From positions 8,065,412 through 8,129,411 of the forward strand of contig MU054212.1 of NCBI GenBank assembly GCA_013239625.1: a stretch of 64,000 bases of DNA. The letters are read 5' to 3'. Of the stretch, positions 13,350 to 26,790 are shown in pieces. The position numbers and the translations under genes are program-made. Numbering within the stretch: position 1 is the stretch's first letter; every line of letters starts with the position of its first letter. The stretch is from Lama guanicoe (lineage: Eukaryota). Under the pieces are notes generated by a model. That model had not been told where the DNA came from. It saw only the letters and a list, made by a program, of their open reading frames with translations, and did no database searches.

Positions 13350-14250
13350 ACGTATGTCATCAGAGACATGTAAATTAAAACAACAATGAGATACCACCAC
13401 ATACCTATGGGAATGGCCAAAATCTGAAATACTGACAACACCAAATCCTGGAGATTATGTGGAGTAACAGGAACACTCATTCATTGCTGGTGGGAATGCA
13501 AAATAATACAGCCACTTTGGAAGACAGTTTGGTGGTATCTTACAAAACTAAACACGCCCCTTGCTATATGATCCAGCAGTAGCACTCCTTGGTCTTTACT
13601 CAAAGAGTTGAAAACTTATGTCCACACAAAACGTTTATGGCAGCTTTATTCATAATTGCCAAAACTTGGAAGCTACCAAGATGTTCTTCAGAAGATGAAC
13701 AGATAAAAAGAAACTGGTCCATCCAGACAATGGATATTATTCAGCGCTAAAAAGAAACTCGCTATCAAGCCATGACAAGACATAAAGGAAACGTGAATGT
13801 AGATTATGAAGTGAAATAAACCAACCTGAAAAAGGCTACAATTATATTGTATGATTCCCACTTATGACATTCTGGAGAAGGCAAACCTCTGCAGACAGTA
13901 ACGGTATCAGTGGTTGCCAGGGATTTTGTGGGGCAGGGAAGAGGGAGAGAGATAAGATAGGTGGAGCACAGATTTTTGGAGCAGTGAAAAGACTGTATGA
14001 TACTATGATGACGGATACTTGTCATTATACATTTGTCCAAACCTGCAGAATAGGTAACACCAAGAGTGAGCCCTAATGTGAACTATGGACTTTGGGTGAT
14101 TATGATGGGCAGATACAGGTTCATGGATTGTAACAACTGTCCCAGCCTAGTGGGGATGTGGATGATGGGCCAAGGCTCTGCCTGTGTGGGGGCAGGGGAA
14201 TCTCTCCGCCTCCTTAATTTTGCTGGGAGCCTAAAACTGGTCTTAAAAAT
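13350..14250 (+). mobile_element. L1MC1/L1MC2-like ORF2 end and 3' UTR
   Basis: AAAACAACAATGAGATACCAC, CAGCCACTTTGGAAGACAGTTTGG, AACTATGGACTTTGGGTGATTATGATG. Confidence 0.88.
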
Positions 14251-14377
14251 TTGTTGTTTTCTTTTTCCTTGGCAATAAATCTGTCTATTGAATTTTTAAA
14301 TTTAACTTTCAAGTCCTAATAATTCTGATAAATGTAGACTACTTTCTTACATGTTTTAAACTATTTAAGATACACTA

Positions 14378-14436
14378 TGTGCTGATCACCAGAAATTGAC
14401 ATATTGTAACTGAGTATACTTCAATTAAAAAAAAAA
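14378..14436 (+). mobile_element. 59-bp L1 tail insertion with perfect 11-bp TSD
   Basis: AAGATACACTA at 14367-14377 and 14437-14447 flanks TGTGCTGATCACCAGAAATTGACATATTGTAACTGAGTATACTTCAATT plus poly-A. The target TTT/AAGA resembles an L1 endonuclease site. Confidence 0.88.
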
Positions 14437-16294
14437 AAGATACACTACGGACTAACAAAATAGTTCTTTTTTTTATGTATTATTATTATTTTTTATTTTT
14501 TTAAATGGGAGGGGGAACCCACAAGGGTTTTTCTTTATAAGCATGAAGATAAAAGGGAGCTGAAATTTCATCAAGTTCAAACCCTACATTCTATAGCCAA
14601 GGACAGGGAGATCCAAGGAGAGTGAGAGACTTGTTCAAGGTGAGATTCCAACATTGGGAAAATTTTCCAAGCAAAAGTATTGCTCTCATTTTTCCAAAGG
14701 GGAAAAAAAAAACATATGTGTAAAAGTATGTGTTTGGGTACAGATGAACAAATCCTGTTTGACATCATTTTTGCATAGATATATACAAATTAAATAACTT
14801 CCTGAATATTTTGTACCAAAAATAGATTTAGCCTGAACTAGCTAGCTTGTAAAAAATTTTTTCTCGAATCATCTAAATGATTGCCCTAATTCTCTGCTTC
14901 ACTTTAACACATGGACACCACTATAAAGTACAAATTTAAAAATGCTACACCTTTTTCGACAGACACCTCCAGCTTTAGAGCCAATTAATATTTATACTTG
15001 AGAATGAAGTCTCCAGAGCCTAATCAGGTGGCAGGGGGAGGCCAAAAGGGAACAAATGCAAACCTAACAGACCCATCAGCAAATGAAACCTAGAAAAACC
15101 TTCTATTAAACTGGTGACTTGACTCTGAAGGGCAATTCTGACCTGCTGAGCTAATAGCTCCCAGTCAGCTCACTTGCCTGTTCTAATTATCTTAACATGT
15201 CGGGAACCTTCCCCAAATTGCCAGACAGGTCACTTATTCATCCTGTCACACATACCAAGAAATAGCATGTCTATAAAGAGACCGAGAGAAAGTACCATCC
15301 ACCTCCCATCCATCATCTCCCCAAACACCCAGAATGGATGACACTCTGTCTTATTTTTCATGTCATTGAATAACAGCACTGGGACATGGTACACAGGAAA
15401 GAGCAGCATTCAGCCATCTCTGGGATGGTGGGGGGCAGACACTCTACCTCTGACCTCCCAGCCGGTGTATTTTAATAGTAAAGATCATAAATGTTTAGTG
15501 TCTCTTCATCTAAAAGTAAATGCCTTGAGGGCTTTTATCCATTTTCATTTTATTTCTGAAACATTTCAAGCCTACAGACCAGAATGGAAAAAATATACAG
15601 ACTCCCATATCCCTACTACCAAAATTAAACATGTTAACTTTCTAGCATATTGGCTTCAACCCCTGTATCTCTCCATCTGTCTACCTCCACCCCTCACTCT
15701 TTCCTCTTCTTCCCCAGAAGTAGCCCCCGTGGTAAGGTCTATGTGGATCATCCCCATGAATGAGGAGAAGAAAAAGGAAGTGGAAGAGAGGGAGCTGGAG
15801 GAGGAAGAACAGAAAGAAAAGGAGGAGATGTTTGAATATTTTCCAGATTTATTACAATGAGCACATATTACTTTTGCAATAAGAAAAAAAATCATGTTGA
15901 AGTAGAAATGAAAACAAAAATATTATCTTGTTATTTCAAGAAGTACAGATGGAAAATATTCTGGAAAGATCGTTTTCTGTCACAGTTTGGGAAAGGATGT
16001 GTAGACAGACCTGGTTTGTTCTACCTGAGCAGGGCATGTACAGGGTGAGGGCTGCTCCCGCCATCCCTGAATGCATGTCACTTCTCCAATGGTGGTGGCC
16101 GGGACCAGCACTCCCCTCCATCCTCTCAACAGCCAGATGAGTGAGCTCCTGGTCTCACTCTGGTGTGCAGCACACCATCTACACCAACACTACTTTGCTA
16201 AAATTCATTACTGGCCATTGTTCCTTTGATTAGGAAAGTAAGAGACCATTAGCAACCATAGTGAGAGCACTTTTTAAAAATGGGTGGGGAGGAA

Positions 16295-16935
16295 AGTTGG
16301 TCTTCCCAACAAACGGTGTTGAAACAATTGGACAGTCATAGGCAAAAGAAAAAGAAAAGGCCCTTGACTTAAACTTTACACCATATAAAAATTCAACTCA
16401 AAATAGATCATAGATTGAAGTATAAAAATGCAAAGTCATAGAACTTTTCAATAAAAACATAAAAGAAAAACTTCACAGCCTGGTGTCAGGAGGAGAGTTC
16501 TTAGGCATGACACCAAAGACACGTTTCCTATGAGAATACAATCCATCAACTGGACTGCATCAAAATTAAAACGTCTGCTCTGATGAAAAGATGAGCCACA
16601 AACTGGGAGACAATACTTGCAAATCATATGCCTCACAGTGGAACTGTATTCGGAATGCATAAAGAAATCACCAGGCTCAGCAGTAAATCAACAAGTAATC
16701 CAATTAGAAGCCATACAAAGGATGAAGGGTTTTTCACTAAGTAGTGTCTGAATGGCAATAAGGACATGAAAAAAACCCTCAGTTTCTTTGGCCAGTTGGG
16801 AAATGCAAATGAAAGCTGCAGGGAGCTACCGCTACACACCTGTTAGGATGGCCAAAATTAAAAATAATAATAATACCAACAGCTCTGTACTGTTTTTGCT
16901 ACTCCTTGTGAGTCAGCTATTTCAGAATAAAAAAG
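16295..16935 (+). mobile_element. Old L1M ORF2 fragment
   Basis: ACACCATATAAAAATTCAACTCAAAATAGATCATAGA, ATCAAAATTAAAAC, GCCACAAACTGGGAGACAATACTTGCAAATCAT. Confidence 0.82.
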
Positions 16936-18803
16936 TTACTTTCTGAAAAGTGGTGAGAATGGAAGTCTGAGTGCAGGGTTGATCAGGCAATGGGAGGTGA
17001 GGAAGTGGAGTCAATGAGTGCAGATCGTTCTGGAAAAGCAACTACCTGGGTCCCTTCACAGAACAGGCCCTGCAGAGTGGGATGCGGGCAGGCAAATCGG
17101 GGAGGTGGGGAGGGGCAGGCATCCCCAGCAGCCGAGTGGAATGTTCAGGAAAATGAACTCCACCTTCTTAGGGCTGACGCCAGCTCAGAAACTTAAAAGC
17201 TGTGTGACCTTAAGAAACATCTTTGCCTCGGCTTCCTTATCTAAAAACAGGAAAAATCAGAGCATCCTCTTGGAGAGCTCATTTTGAGAATTAAATGGAA
17301 AATTTTGCATATATAACGTAAGCGTTCAATCCTTTCTAACTTTTTAATTATTACTATAATTCACCTAAATTTTGCCTAAAACTGGCAATTCTTAAAGTAT
17401 CTCAATTCATTTATTTTTCTCTTCTCCTCCTTGTTTTCAAAAACCTTCTTTCTTTACATTTCAATCCCTGCCCCCACCTGCCTTCTCTGTGGAAACCGCT
17501 ATTCTCTATAATTTGCACTTTTTAATCATTTTGATTTTTTATCCTACATTTAAATGTTTTTAGCTTTTCAAATGTAATGATCTAAAATGGATCTCTTAAA
17601 AATAAGTGCATTTTAAAATATAATTTTAAACAAACTGTAGTATCACATATCTGTGGATGAATCCACATAAAACTGGTATATTTAGAAACACCAGTTACAA
17701 ACGTAATGAAAGAAAAAATGTTTACCCAAGATGGTTACATTGTGAGGAAATAGATTTGATAATTGTGTGCTGACTGTTTCTGTAGGAGGCAAAATTATTT
17801 TCTTGGTCCTTGAGGGAGTCACTCTTCTTGTTAGCAAAGATCATGCCTTTTTCCCCCAAAGCCCCACATTCTTAGCAACCATCAAGCATGATTTACGTTG
17901 TCAGCAGATTAATTTGAACTTTTCACCAATAAATTATTCACATTTTTTTCCTCCTATAAGAACCGATGGAATACATAGGAAGCATGGAGTGTATTCACAT
18001 TTGACAGCCATTCTTAACACGGAAAGCACATATTCTTAAACATTTATCACTGGACTACATTAAAATTGGTAGCAGAGAAAAGAAACGAGAGGAGAATCAT
18101 TATCTAGACTGCTGAAGTACGGAAGGATGTGGTTATGACCATTCATTAATATAATGCTTTACGCACAGCAAAGTCTGGCATCTATGCCTCATATTGTATA
18201 AGCTGCGGCCATGTGTTTATTAAATCAACATTAAAAACCATGAGTATGTAAGACTCTGAGTCACATACATTTGAACCTTCTGATCTTTGACCCGGGGAAG
18301 ACAGCAGTCCAAGTCACAGAGGCACTGAAATATGCGTACACTAGGAAAAGACGGGAGTGCATTGTCATGCTGTACTTTTCTTCACACTTTGTAGAATTTC
18401 TTCATTGCCACCTTCTCTGAAGCAGAACTTATTTGCTGTTCCAAAACAGGGGCTGGTTTTGTAGAGTGATCTTTCATCATTTCAAGGAAGATTACCGACG
18501 ACCTCCGCAGACCTAAAGCAGGGCTACCACTGAGCGACCCAGTCACGGGGGCCAGCCACTCAAGCAGACCAACTCTGGAGATGATCAGAAGGTGTTCGGA
18601 TAAAGCCTTTTGTCTTCCTTAAGTGAATTCACTACCCTTTAAAGTTTGGAGTTTGGATGAGTGGGTCCAGGGGCTGATGGTACTGGTGTCTGGCAGGCAA
18701 ATACAATATATTAAAGAATGTCTAACTCTCAGATTGGATTGCAACTCAGACCCTTTTCCAATCTAAAAATCTCCTCTTGAGCTTGTGTAGAGCTTCATGG
18801 TTA

Positions 18804-18903
18804 GTTATTTATTTTAATGAAAACACTGGGGACTGGACCCAGGACCTCGTGTGTGCTAAGCATGCGCTCTACCACTGAGCTATTCGCCCTTCCCCCTCCC
18901 CGG
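18804..18903 (-). mobile_element. tRNA-Ala-like SINE (vic-1-like, camelid)
   Basis: Reverse strand reads AGCTCAGTGGTAGAGCGCATGCTTAGCACACACGAGGTCCTGGG. Imperfect 15-bp TSD AGAGC(T/C)TCATG(G/T)TTA at 18789-18803 and 18904-18918. Confidence 0.88.
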
Positions 18904-21023
18904 AGAGCCTCATGTTTAAATAAAAGTTTCTCCTTAGAAAGCTCATTTAAGATGAAATACTTTTAAAACATAAATATATATTGATTATCTTTGTCAGTAA
19001 CTGTTGTCCTACATGCAGTCCTTTTTTTCACTCCGAGCAACTTACTCTGGTCTGAATAACAGACTCATCAATGAAATAGTTTGACTCCCTCTGGCCCTGA
19101 ACGTGCTGACTGACCCGTGTTCATCTAACAGTTAGTCAAGGCACAAATCCAGATTATGGTCTGGGTTTTGTTTTTTGCCTTTGAAAACAAAACAAAACAA
19201 AACTTCATACCCAGAAAGGTAACTGAAAGAAATGTGAGATTTTCCTTAAAGTTAGGTCAAGCTTTGTTTACTGCTCTTTTGAGAGCATGTTAAGCAGAAT
19301 TCATTTTCTCGCCACCCCCTCAGCAGTTCTATGGGGAACGACAGAGAGGGCAAGCCTCGGACCTGGCTTCCATCCAGCAGAGGGTTTGGGGAGGCTGTGA
19401 TGACAGTGCAGAGAAGTTCCTCCAGGCTGGCTGCCCACCTACTTAATATCAGGTCACACAGAGCTGGACAGGACTACCGACTCTCCGGCGACTTCACTAA
19501 GTAGATAATGAAGCAGATCTGTCCACTTACGGCCATGCAAGTAGGCCAGGACCATCAGCTGTAATCGCAGCTAATGGCTCAGATAAATTGCCTTCATGCA
19601 GACCAAGGATCTAGCAGAGGCTCGTTTCATAGAGTTTATTTTGGCAAAATACACTCAGCGCCACGGAGTATTTGTGGGGATCCCCATCCCACATCTGCAG
19701 CCACGGAGAGATGCTGTGAAGAGGAGACTAGCCTCTTTCCGAATGGGAGCATTGCCTGCCTAAGAGGACTCCACCTGGGATGTATCCAACGAGCAGCCTT
19801 CACGTTTTCAGGACCGCTCAGGAACCCTTCCCAGGGGGTTCTCATTCGCTGTTCTAACCCCGCATGGCCGATCATTTCTTCCAGCAGCCAGTAGCTTTGC
19901 TCAGGGCCTAGTTTTATGGTGGAGTCACTTGCCCCACCTTTGAAGTCAGTTGACATCTCTTATCTACAAAGGTCTGAAGAGTCGCCATTGTTTTGTAGCT
20001 CAGCGAATTGGCGTTTTCTCTCGTCTTGGTCCATAAGCAACCTGCAGGCAGCGACCGTGGAACTTGACTTTGTACTCTCCAGAGTGCCCAGCAGAATGCT
20101 TTTCACAAAATCGACGACAAATGACAGTAGAGATTTCAGCAAATTGAAAACCCAATCTTTGGCATGCGTTAGTGAAAACTGCCCTGTGATTTTTGGAAAT
20201 CAGAAGAACCCATCTGCTTTTCCAACACACAAAAAATTATCTGTACTGTTACCACTATTATCCTGTCAGAATACCTAACCACAATTAATTGCACTTCCTT
20301 ACTGTATCTTCGGAATATGTATGTAATGAGAAAGTGGCTCAGACATAAAATTTTGTTTTAAGAGGTTTTATTGACAGCTGATATTATGTTCCTCACTTTA
20401 GATTTTGGTGTTTACAAAATTTTGGATAATGAAAATTTTCACTGTGGTCATCCCATGAGCACAAGACTGGCCCTGGTTCATGTATTGTCAGTAATAATTT
20501 CCTTTAATCTCTAACAGATATAGTCTTTAAAAAAAACTTAATTCAATAATGCTAAATACTAAAATAAAACTTATTTCCATTTTAGTATCACATAGTACCA
20601 GAAAGGTCTCAACCCGCAATGCTAGTTCATTTATTTATTCTAAAGTAGGTATATTCAGGCCCACCAGAGCTAATTCCTCTCTAAGCAAACCGCTGTCTGT
20701 CTGTAGACACATGATTCATATTCTTTCCTTGCTCTAGGGATCCAAGAAACATGTTTATTCTCTTCCTTCACAGCTACATCTGGAAGTCTTATTAGCAGAA
20801 GTAAAAAATAAATAATTTAGCTTAAATAGCTCAGCTTAGCAAATCTGTCTTCTGCAAATTCACACTTACTATCTAGCACTTTGAAAATGTCTCATAGTTA
20901 TTTTCAAAGCTTTGGCGATTTTGGAACTTGCAGTTTGTTTTTTACAAATATTTGAATATTCTTATTTTATATAAATACCTAAACTCAAATTAGAGCAAAA
21001 ACTTTAGAAGGTGGCGGCAGTGG

Positions 21024-22030
21024 TGTAAGGGACGCTATTGAGAGCCCATCAGTATCCCCTTGACCTTACCGTTTCTGTGCGTGCAGACCAGGCTTCTAAC
21101 ACCCAGCACCTGGGTTCCTTTACCTAAGGGCTTTTTCTAGCCATTCTGCAGCAGGTCAGTAATGCCGGGGAATTAGCATCCCTAAGCTGGAGCTCTCCAC
21201 GAATGTGGAAGGGAGTTGGTAAATAAATATCCTAGATCCCTTACCCTGGAGAGGAGCAGATAACACTGCACTATGTGTTCTACATAAGCTCCCAAAGACC
21301 CCGCACCTCCCAGTGGGATATGCCCACGAGCCCACGGTGGTATCTGGCCGGGCAATGTACCTTTTTATTGGCTGTCTTCCCTCCCTGTCTTACTGCCCAA
21401 TTCTCCTGCTGAAGTTTGCTTCACTTCCCAGATAAACTTTTGCTCTGCAATCTTCTTCTAAGGGTCTACTTCTGCAAAACTTAAATTAAGATAGTTGGTT
21501 GGATAAGAGGTCCTGAGAAGCAGATCCTCTTCTGGGACTCTGGAACTGAGTGACTCACCAGCCAAAAGACAATGAAGACTCCATTCCTGGTGGTGTAAGT
21601 GGAGTGGGCACAATCCCAGGAGCGCTGTGGCAACCCAGTTGGTAAGACTCTCACCTGGGATGAACTGGAGCACGATATGGATGGAAGAAATGCTGGATTA
21701 TGCAGTGTCTCCAGCATTTGGGAGATTTGAGGTTTTTGATACTTACAAACAATGAAATCGGCTCATTGTTAAAGCAACTGAAGCTCAGAAGGAAGAAAAT
21801 AACAGTCAGATTCATGTTTCTACCAACTCAGCTCCTGTGTTCCTTTGCCTGAGGGCATGCTTGGACACTGCCGCCATTTAGCCGTTGTGGGCAGTAAACT
21901 GACAGTGCTGGGAATTAATGACCTCTAGGAACAGCATTCAGCCCGTGTTCAATGGAAATTGGTATATAAATACCCCAGCTCCCTCATCCCTGGAACAGAC
22001 GACCCTGGGACACATGTTCTACACTGGCAT
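21024..22030 (+). mobile_element. Internally deleted ERVL-class provirus: LTR16-like LTR (21024-21493), 5' internal piece (~21494-21810), partial second LTR (~21815-22030)
   Basis: Two visibly homologous segments in direct orientation (CAGCACCTGGGTTCCTTTACCTAAGGGC vs CAGCTCCTGTGTTCCTTTGCCTGAGGGC; TTGGTAAATAAATATCCTAGATCCCT vs TTGGTATATAAATACCCCAGCTCCCT). The first starts TGT and ends TAAGATA, as LTR16-type LTRs do. Confidence 0.75.
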
Positions 22031-23356
22031 GGTCCAGATAAATGAAACAAGGCACTGCATTGCCCTGTTTCTTCTAGGCATTACGGAATAGTAATAGTTG
22101 TGTCTGCTTTACATAAATGGGCTTCTCAAAGAAAGTAAGTGAGGTGCTTAAACTTAAAAAAAATGTTGGTTACTGTTCACTGCCATAAATCAGTCAGAAG
22201 TGGAGGCTAAAAGACCCAAACATTCCATCTATCTAGTTCAGTGCTGCTCCCACATCAAATGGAAGGAGCGGACATTGAGAATCCTGCATCTGCCCCATCC
22301 CAAATCCAAGCCCAAATTCTGTAGCTGCCAACCTCACTGGGAGTCTCAGTGTGCTGCTTGGAAACCCTGTGACTTAAACCTAGAAATTTTTCTTTCATGC
22401 TTTCAGATTTCCAAACCTGATTCTACTTCTTAATTCTCAGCAGAAGAGCCTACTTGCTTCACCAAGAAAATAAAGAGCATCGCTGATTTTTTCCTGCATG
22501 TCTTGAAGCCCTAGACAGTATGCTAGAAAGACTACACCTGAGAGAAAAGATGCAGGCGCCGTCTTCCAGAAATTCATTGCCTAGGGAAGAGGAGGACTTG
22601 GGGAAGAAATAGTTGAAACAAAACGTAGTAACTGTAGCTGAATAAGCTGAGATCGTAATTCACAAGGCAAGCATAATTCACAAGAGCTTTTATAAAAGCA
22701 ACTGGAAGTAAAAAAAATAGTTACCTGGGGTTTTTCTCTGAATTCATTCTAACTACTTCCTAATTTCTAATTTATGATCATTCCCATATCTTTAACTTCT
22801 GCCTGATCTGGTTTAGAAAATGTAAATATAAGATACATTCCAAATCGTGTTTAAAATTCAAATCAATCTAATAAATTATAATAGTGCTTAAGACCTTCAT
22901 TCCTAGGACAGTTCATTATTGAATTATTTACAGCACAGTGTGAGTTCGCACAAAATAAATAGGGCTTTTTAAAAACTAGTGAATCACAATGGCCTCAGGT
23001 CACCAATGACCATTTTTTAGTGACAGGAATATATATGTGAACAGAAAGATGGTCATGAATTGATGACCATGACCTTGAACTGGGGTTCAAAAACTCTAAA
23101 ATTGTATTCTATCTTTGCTAACGACACAGATCATAACTTCATGCAATAAAACTTCATTTCATCTCAGCCCTTTCTTTCTAGTCCACTGGAAGTCCACCTC
23201 TATGACTAAGTACTCCATGATAGCACACAGGTCTCTTGAATACTAACAGAATCATAATAACCTGCCTAACTCACATAAAGATTATGAGACTCAAATCACA
23301 TCATAGATCCAAAAATTATTTGAAAACTTTTTAATACTACATAGAGGAAATGTATT

Positions 23357-23421
23357 TTATTATTATTATTATTATTTATTATTATTATTATTATTATTGT
23401 TATTATTATTATTATTATTAT
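23357..23421. repeat. (TTA)n microsatellite
   Basis: About 21 TTA units with two interruptions. Confidence 0.97.
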
Positions 23422-23544
23422 GTGCAAGAGCCTGAAATAGCATAATGGGGGGAGGGGTTGACTTTGAAACCATTTGAAACCAAAATTATTAAAAGATAGA
23501 GTCCAAGAAAAAGAAAAATAGACATTGAAAAGTCATCTATTGCT

Positions 23545-23655
23545 AGGCTATTACCAAAGGGGAAAGGGAGGGGGGAGGAATAAATCAGGAATACGGGTCT
23601 AATGGATACAAACTACTATACATAAAACAAATAAGCAACAAGGATGTCTACAGAT
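23545..23655 (+). mobile_element. L1 3' UTR fragment
   Basis: TTACCAAAGGGGAAAGGGAGGGGGGAGGAATAAATCAGGA...ATACAAACTACTATACATAAAAC...AACAAGGA. Confidence 0.72.
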
Positions 23656-23929
23656 ACTTTGAAAGGAAAAGATGTGCTCCCGTTTCCAATATGGAGAACT
23701 AAGTGTTCTATGTCAGTCTCGTTTATATCAGTTTTAAGTTAGTAAGGCAAAGCCAAGTTCTAGGTTTTTTTTTTATTTCCTCTTGAACCATTCCAAAAAT
23801 CTAGGGGCATCCAAGTCATCATATATATATATAGCCCCATATATATATGAGCCATATCCTTCCAAGTGTCCTGAGCATTTATTTACATTCTATAATTCTT
23901 AAAAATAACCTTTATCAAATGTAAAGCAT

Positions 23930-24090
23930 CATATATCTTTCATCAAGTCTAAATCATTATTGAACACAAGGTACCCCATTTTTTATACACACTACCAAAG
24001 AAAGTTCTATTAAAAGACATGCCGTGACACATCCCAATGCCAGAGATTTAAAAATGCAAAAAAAAGTTTGTCTTAGAATCAATAAATATA
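23930..24090. mobile_element. MER104-like TcMar DNA transposon relic
   Basis: Degenerate inverted ends (TTTCATCAAGTCTAA ... TTAGAATCAATAAA) and internal CATCCCAATGCCAGAGATTTAAAAATG. Confidence 0.45.
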
Positions 24091-24614
24091 ATCATCGCTT
24101 TCTTATTATAAAGGGACTCCATGTTTGTTGAAAAGCTGGAAAAGACTGCGTATTAGCAGAAAGATGGTTGCAAGAAACAGAAAAGCTAGATTAAGTAAGA
24201 GTTTGCGAACTGAAAATTCAGAGGAAGGACAGAGATTCGGATTGGCTTAATTCAGGGACTGAAGGCTATCTCAAGAGCATTTTCTTTCCATCTCTTTTAT
24301 TCTGCCTTCCCCAGAGGCAGCCTTCCAGAAACAAGCTTCTTCCATGGTATCATTTCCAGGTGTCCCATCTGCACCCCACGCTACACTGGAGATAAAGCAC
24401 AGAAGACTAGCACTCCAAGCAAGAACTCTAAAATTCACCTGGACTGCTAAGATCACCTCAGCCGTCTCACCTCAGCTGAGCTGTGACTGTTGCTGGGGAA
24501 ATGCAAATGTCCATGAAAAGTGCACGGACCGCCTGGGGAAGGGAGTCACACTCGCCCGGAAAATCTGCCTGTTGCTAGAAAAAAAATGGGGGTTGGGGAG
24601 AATTGTTTGAAAAC

Positions 24615-24945
24615 TGCGATGGCTAATTTTATGTGTCATCTTGGCTGGACTATGGTGCCCAGTTGCTTGGCCAAACACTAGCCTAGATTTTGCTGTGACG
24701 GTATTTTTAAGATGTGATTAAAATTAGGTTACCTTCCATAATGTGGGTGGGCCTCAGAAATGACTGAGATTTTCTAAAGAAGAAGGAATTCTCCCCAAGA
24801 ATGCAACATCCACGCTTACCTGAGTCTTCAGCCTCCTGGCCTGCCCTATAGATTTCGGACTTGCCAGTCCCCACAATCATCCTACGATTGTGGGAGTCAA
24901 TTCCTTAAAATCAATCTCTCTCCTTAAAATCAATCTTTCTCTTTC
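24615..24945 (+). mobile_element. MLT2 (ERVL) LTR
   Basis: Starts TGCGATGGCTAATTTTATGTGTCA; contains CCATAATGTGGGTGGGCCTC and GCCTGCCCTATAGATTTCGGACTTGCCAG. Confidence 0.88.
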
Positions 24946-26654
24946 TCTCCCTTCCCCCTCCCTCAGCCCCCCAGGGATACCATTTGAAAATATTTTCTCC
25001 AACTTTACTTATTTGCTTTTCTATGCACAGAAGCATATGGAAACATTTCACTCAAATGACATCACACTGAATACACCGGATTCAGATCTTTCCAGTCTTG
25101 TTTTTGTCCCTTCGTATGTTCAAGTGATCATTTTTCCATGCCCTTAAATATTTGAATGTGATTTTTTTTAGCAGTTAACAGATGATCCGTCACAAAACCG
25201 AATGATAATCTGTTTAGCTATTTGACTGTTTTTCTGGGTCTGGGGATGATTTCATTTTATTCTTGAAATGGGCAACCCTCTCTCTTGATGCGCAAAGCCA
25301 GAGAGGTGCTGCGTCTGGGTTCTGAGGCGTCCTGAGATCGGGAGCAAAAGTGCCGTACGTAGCAGGAGTCCGCTCATCTGCTGACTCATTAAGTTAGATG
25401 CATTAAATATGTACAGTTTTTTGTATGTCAGAGAAAAGTGTTACACTTGGTTGCGCTTGGTGCCGGCTAGAGCTCATAATGAATAAAGACTGTGTTCCCA
25501 GTTCAGCCTTTACCCAGAGTGAGTCTGACCTGGCATCAAAAAAAGTCAATGTTCTGGAGATAACCCCGAAGATCTGCACCCACCCTAAGGGTCTTAGTAG
25601 CAGTGACGTGGACCCCTGGTCCCTGAGCCTACATCAACAGCACTGTTAAGAGCACACAGTTGTCTTCAAGTAACATAGTAATGTCTGTGACTTGTCCAAA
25701 AATGTGTTGAATCTTACAAGATCCTCATAAGAATGAAAAAACAACAACAAAGGAAATAAAAGGAGGGAGGGGAGTTACAAATGGGCCTATAGGGAAACTC
25801 AGCAGGAAAATTCTCTGGATTTACTCATTTACACTCCTAATTATGAGAGGAAACCACACGTGCGCGTGTGAGTGTGAACAGAAGGTGCGCTCCTGGAGAA
25901 CAAAGAAACACGTGGCAGCATGGTGGGCCAAGTCTGCATCCCTCCGAGGCACGGCTGACCCGGGAGTTTCAGGGCCTGATGCCCGACCACCGCGAGTTTC
26001 TCTCTCCATCCATTACCCTCCCGGACAGGGGGTCTGATCAAGTCCCCACAGCCAATATACAGCCCCCCACAGCTGGAATTCTCTGGGACAGCTAAGTGGC
26101 ATTTTTTTTCCAATTACCCGTCTCAGACTTTAGATGGGGGTGGAAAAAGCATTTTATGAAATGGTGATAGTAATGGCAGGAATTAATTTGTGGATGTGGT
26201 TAAAGGCAATTTTTAAAAGGCCTTGGAATCTAGCATCTGATTATAGAGTTTCTTAAGAAACTGATTCCTAAGTCTCCTGTTCTATTATTTTATTATTTTA
26301 TGTATTTCCTTTTTCCATGCGCTAGAGATAACTTTTGCTTATACACACTCAGTTTTATTTTTAAGACTAAACAGCCTTCCTACCTAAGTACTGCTGGCTC
26401 TCATAAAACGTGATTGAGTCTTTAGTCTATCTGTAAGCCGAAGGAAGCTTGAAAAACTTTCTCCCAGATGCTGAAAGATGAACAGTGTTGTGTATATGAA
26501 AGCAACAACCTCTCAAAAGACTTTTATTAAATTGAGTTTTTAAAAAAATGAATGGAGTGGCTAAATTACAGACAAATACAATATGACAAAGAAGATTTAG
26601 ATTTCTTTCAAGGAATGAAGATAATTCAAGACATATTTATGAGTCTATTCTGGC

Positions 26655-26790
26655 TCCTTCAATCATTCACAAATTTTTATTTTCAACTATCATGTCACAG
26701 ACACAGTTCAACACACTGGACATAGAACAGTCAACCGAACACACAAAAACTGTTGCCCTCATGGGACTTGCATTCTCGTGGAGAGAGATG
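26655..26790 (-). mobile_element. L2 3' end
   Basis: TCATTCACAAATTTTTATT...TGCCCTCATGGGACTTGCATTCTCGTGG is the L2 3' terminus read on the opposite strand. Confidence 0.65.

Noticed and set aside
15360..15860. 166-aa ORF with a Glu/Lys-rich tail
   Set aside because: It runs through a degenerate L1ME-like fragment and a low-complexity GA-rich tract; not a recognisable protein.
19574..20278. Cluster of 60-120 aa ORFs suggesting an exon or processed pseudogene
   Set aside because: I translated several frames and recognised no protein. No clear splice-site pair, poly-A tail or TSD. A BLASTX search would settle it.
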